Positions 58,842 through 61,446 of a stretch of DNA of 61,446 nt are shown one piece after another. A model generated the notes under the pieces. It saw only the letters and a program-made list of their open reading frames with translations, did no database searches and was not told the origin of the DNA. The stretch's first letter is position 1. Every line of letters starts with the position of its first letter. The DNA comes from a virus (lineage: Duplodnaviria > Caudoviricetes): the IMG/VR virus record IMGVR_UViG_3300036761_000480, positions 1 through 61,446 of that record, one strand, 5' to 3'. A program made the translations under genes and the position numbers.

Positions 58842-60626
58842 TTATAATATCATTTCAAATTTCATTGTTCCACAATCCCAAATTCTATCGAATCCTCTTT
58901 CTTGCATTATTTCCCATTCTGTTTTATCTTTAGAAAATCCTTCTTTTACTAACTTATCTTTTCTAAATGTAAACCTATGAAATCTATGAAGAAAATCTTT
59001 TGTACTTACATACCAGTAATTGGGATCAGATTGATGAATGAATTTAAATCCACATTTATAATATATTGTTTCTTCAGGAATAATACCAGACCATCTTGAA
59101 TCAGCATATGTAATAATTTTAAATGGTTGATACTCTTTTATAAAATATTTTAGTAATCGTGAAAATCCACCAATAACATTTGTATCTAATTTACTCGCAA
59201 ACCTAAGGAGTTCGTATTCATTATTCATTGAGGTATTTCCTAATGATTTTCTTTTCATGCCAAAGGTCATAACGCTGACTAATTCATTGTTAAAAAACAA
59301 TCCTGTTCTAATTTTGTCAACTAAATCTCCTTGTAAATGATTCTTTTCTAAAAATATTTTTGATTCCGATTTAGATATTTCTTTTATTATACATTTTCGA
59401 GCGAAAATTTTATTTTCGGTTATGTTAAGGATGTTTTTAATTCTGGAAAAAACAATATTAGGGGATTTTTTAATTTCATCTTCAAAAATATGAATTAATT
59501 TTATTCCTATAACATTTAATTTTTTTGTTTTGTCGATATGATAATTTTTATCTTTTTTTCCATATATTTCAGAATGATAATAATTACCATTTATTTCAAA
59601 ACCAATATTATATGACGGCAAAACATAATCAACTTCTTTTCTATTTAAAAGTTTTTTATCATTTTTTAAATAATTTATATTGTTATCATCAAAAATGGAT
59701 TCCATGAAAATGTTTAAAGAATTATCTGAGGTTATTGGATAGCATTTTCTACATATTATATCATATTCTCGAAATACTTGTGTATGAGTAAATTCATTTC
59801 CACATTTTTTACATTTAATTGTTGCGTACTTGTCATCAACATAATCAATAAATATAAATCCACGATCTTCAATTCTTTTTATAACGGAATTATACCTTTG
59901 TTTTATAACTTTTTCTTTATACTCATCAGAAGAAACATAAAGTCCATCAAATAATTCTTTTTGTTTATTTATTGCTTTATCCTGATTTGATTTAATCTGT
60001 AATGGAAATTCAACTCCATAATGATCAAAATGTGTTTTTTTAGATTTATTTTGAAATTCTTCCAATTTTAAATGATGACCTCCATATCTTTCGTTTAAAG
60101 TTTCATTAAATTTATCTCTATTATTATAATTGGCGTCTCCATATTTAATAAATTTAGTTTCGTTTCTTTTTTTTATAATTTCTTTTTGTTGTTCTTCAGT
60201 TATTTTTGAAATTGAATCAAAAAATTTTTTTCTTATTTCAGGAACTTCCATATGATTTTTAGTACCATATCTTTTAATTTTAGTCTGGTCTGATTTGGTT
60301 TTAAAATCATCTGTTTGGAAATAATAAAATCCATTATTTTTTAATTTAGACGATTCGATTGATTTTTTACATCTTTCTTGGGAATTTTTTTTATTCCATA
60401 TTAATCTACATTCATCAGAACAAATTTTATTTTGTTGTTTTTTTCTAATTTCAAATTCTTTCTCACAATTTAAACATTTTCTTTTTTCATACAAATCAAC
60501 TTGTTTCGGTTTGCCCTTAATTCCAGCAGATACATAACAAGTTTGATTACAATATTTTTTATTTCTCTGTTTAAAGGGTATTGTAAATTCTTTTTTACAA
60601 TGTTCGCAAATTTTTATTATATTCAT
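58842..60626 (-). CDS. Hef-like homing endonuclease, paralog of 56972-58534 (probable start MNIIKICEHC at 60626)
   Basis: Two CxxC..YC/IC Zn repeats; KYG repeats; EVDYVL..IGFEINGNYYHSE; HLQG..YELLRFA..VIGGFSRL..TYADSRW..RIWDCG. The track's longer start would cross the sheath terminator. Confidence 0.8.
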   Translation of the reverse strand: MNIIKICEHCKKEFTIPFKQRNKKYCNQTCYVSAGIKGKPKQVDLYEKRKCLNCEKEFEIRKKQQNKICSDECRLIWNKKNSQERCKKSIESSKLKNNGFYYFQTDDFKTKSDQTKIKRYGTKNHMEVPEIRKKFFDSISKITEEQQKEIIKKRNETKFIKYGDANYNNRDKFNETLNERYGGHHLKLEEFQNKSKKTHFDHYGVEFPLQIKSNQDKAINKQKELFDGLYVSSDEYKEKVIKQRYNSVIKRIEDRGFIFIDYVDDKYATIKCKKCGNEFTHTQVFREYDIICRKCYPITSDNSLNIFMESIFDDNNINYLKNDKKLLNRKEVDYVLPSYNIGFEINGNYYHSEIYGKKDKNYHIDKTKKLNVIGIKLIHIFEDEIKKSPNIVFSRIKNILNITENKIFARKCIIKEISKSESKIFLEKNHLQGDLVDKIRTGLFFNNELVSVMTFGMKRKSLGNTSMNNEYELLRFASKLDTNVIGGFSRLLKYFIKEYQPFKIITYADSRWSGIIPEETIYYKCGFKFIHQSDPNYWYVSTKDFLHRFHRFTFRKDKLVKEGFSKDKTEWEIMQERGFDRIWDCGTMKFEMIL

Positions 60627-60687
60627 AATTCTCTTTTTATAAATATAAGGAAAAATATTAACATAATCAACAAGAACTGTGGAAATA

Positions 60688-60719
60688 AAAAACTTGGAAG
60701 AAATCTCTTCCAAGTTTTT
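60688..60719 (-). terminator. Intrinsic terminator after tail sheath
   Basis: AAAAACTTGGAAGA-aatc-TCTTCCAAGTTTTT perfect 14-bp inverted repeat. Confidence 0.85.
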
Positions 60720-60744
60720 AAAATTTTTAATTAAATTAAATCAA

Positions 60745-61446
60745 TTAAACGTTCTCAAATGACGCTCCAGTTGGGGTAATTATGAATTCTATATCTATAA
60801 ATTCAAGGGAACGTGTGGGTTTAATATATATCTTCCCCCTGAGAGTATTTTGATCAATATCTTCTGGATCGTTTGAAACCACCAAACGGAAATCATATAA
60901 TCCTCTTTCTTTTTTGATTGCTTGGAGGATCGGATTAACCAATCTTGTAAATTCATTTCTTACTTGTTCATCATTTTGTTCGAAAAGTAATCTAACAGCT
61001 ACAGCCGATATAAGTTTTCTTGCTCTCAAGAGTAATCTTCTTACATTGATTCTATCCAATGCCGATTCTTTAACCTGAAGAGTCTTATTACCCCAAATTA
61101 TAGGCCCAGTATCAGAAAATGTTGCAATTGGATTAATTCTCATCTTATAAAGATCATCTCTTTCATCAAGGGTCAACTTTTTGACCGCTTTAACAGCATT
61201 TACAATCCCTCTTGAATACCCAGCTACTGCAAACCAAGGATAGGATACATTATCAGTCAATGCAATGTTTCTAACAACTTCCCCTGTTGCAGGAATAAAT
61301 AATTGTGTCGAATTATCGTTATCTCTAATTTGTATCCATGGCCAGTATATAGCTGAATAATTAGAATCCAGTCCAATTGTGTCCATTTTATCAACAATAT
61401 CGTCAACTGTATCGACATTTGGAGTTGCAATAATATAGAGTGAATC
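60745..61446 (-). CDS. Tail sheath protein, C-terminal part (5' end beyond right edge)
   Basis: YSAIYWPW, PWFAVAGYSRG, RINPI..IWGNKTLQ..SALDRINVRRL, FEQND, IYIKPTRSLEFI; frame stays open to 61446. Confidence 0.95.
   Translation of the reverse strand, partial: DSLYIIATPNVDTVDDIVDKMDTIGLDSNYSAIYWPWIQIRDNDNSTQLFIPATGEVVRNIALTDNVSYPWFAVAGYSRGIVNAVKAVKKLTLDERDDLYKMRINPIATFSDTGPIIWGNKTLQVKESALDRINVRRLLLRARKLISAVAVRLLFEQNDEQVRNEFTRLVNPILQAIKKERGLYDFRLVVSNDPEDIDQNTLRGKIYIKPTRSLEFIDIEFIITPTGASFENV

Noticed and set aside
60627-60713. N-terminal extension of the 623-aa ORF in the track
   Set aside because: It starts inside the sheath terminator hairpin; the ATG at 60626 has the TATTTAT motif upstream.
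26974-60734. Other short track ORFs nested in or antisense to larger genes (e.g. 26974-27540, 32410-32766, 39138-39431, 50258-50818, 53697-54200)
   Set aside because: Fully overlap well-supported genes and show no recognisable motifs.
1-61446. Stop-codon reassignment, as in some large Bacteroidota phages
   Set aside because: TAA, TAG and TGA all end conserved genes at expected positions, and coding density is high under the standard code.
1-61446. tRNA or rRNA genes
   Set aside because: No cloverleaf or T-loop signatures seen in the few intergenic regions.

Overview
AT-rich segment of a large contractile-tailed (myovirus-type, probably jumbo) phage genome, almost all on the minus strand. 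A Bacteroidota host is inferred from TTTG-N19/20-TAnnTTT(G/A) promoters, no obvious Shine-Dalgarno sites, a signal peptide cleaved before Gln, and SprB-like/FISUMP domains. In gene order (right to left): tail sheath (partial), two convergent Hef-like nucleases, tail tube, a Vsr/DUF559-like nuclease, a tail-assembly chaperone with a probable frameshift extension, tape measure and baseplate hub proteins. Next is a replication/recombination block: gp32-like SSB, RecA/UvsX, HNH nuclease, a secreted beta-barrel-like protein, 5'-3' exonuclease, a DnaB/gp41 helicase fractured by a split intein around a free-standing endonuclease, and class II RNR. Then come baseplate wedge genes, a solo TnpB, and a long run of large virion/receptor-binding proteins with mucin-like Thr-Pro-Ser repeats, ending in a >1300-codon ORF that the ORF track misses. 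Main highlights: (1) an ORF-less second copy of the TnpB omegaRNA scaffold with its own promoter, a different guide and a terminator, 14 kb from tnpB; (2) strong enrichment of an [S/T]-G-x-T motif in virion proteins, a candidate modification sequon; (3) nested, circularly permuted C-type-lectin-fold domains; (4) a gp41-8-like split intein; (5) a TTTTTT-CGA +1/-2 frameshift; (6) a catalytically dead Hint domain in a baseplate protein. All calls come from reading the sequence by eye and recalling family motifs; no searches were run.
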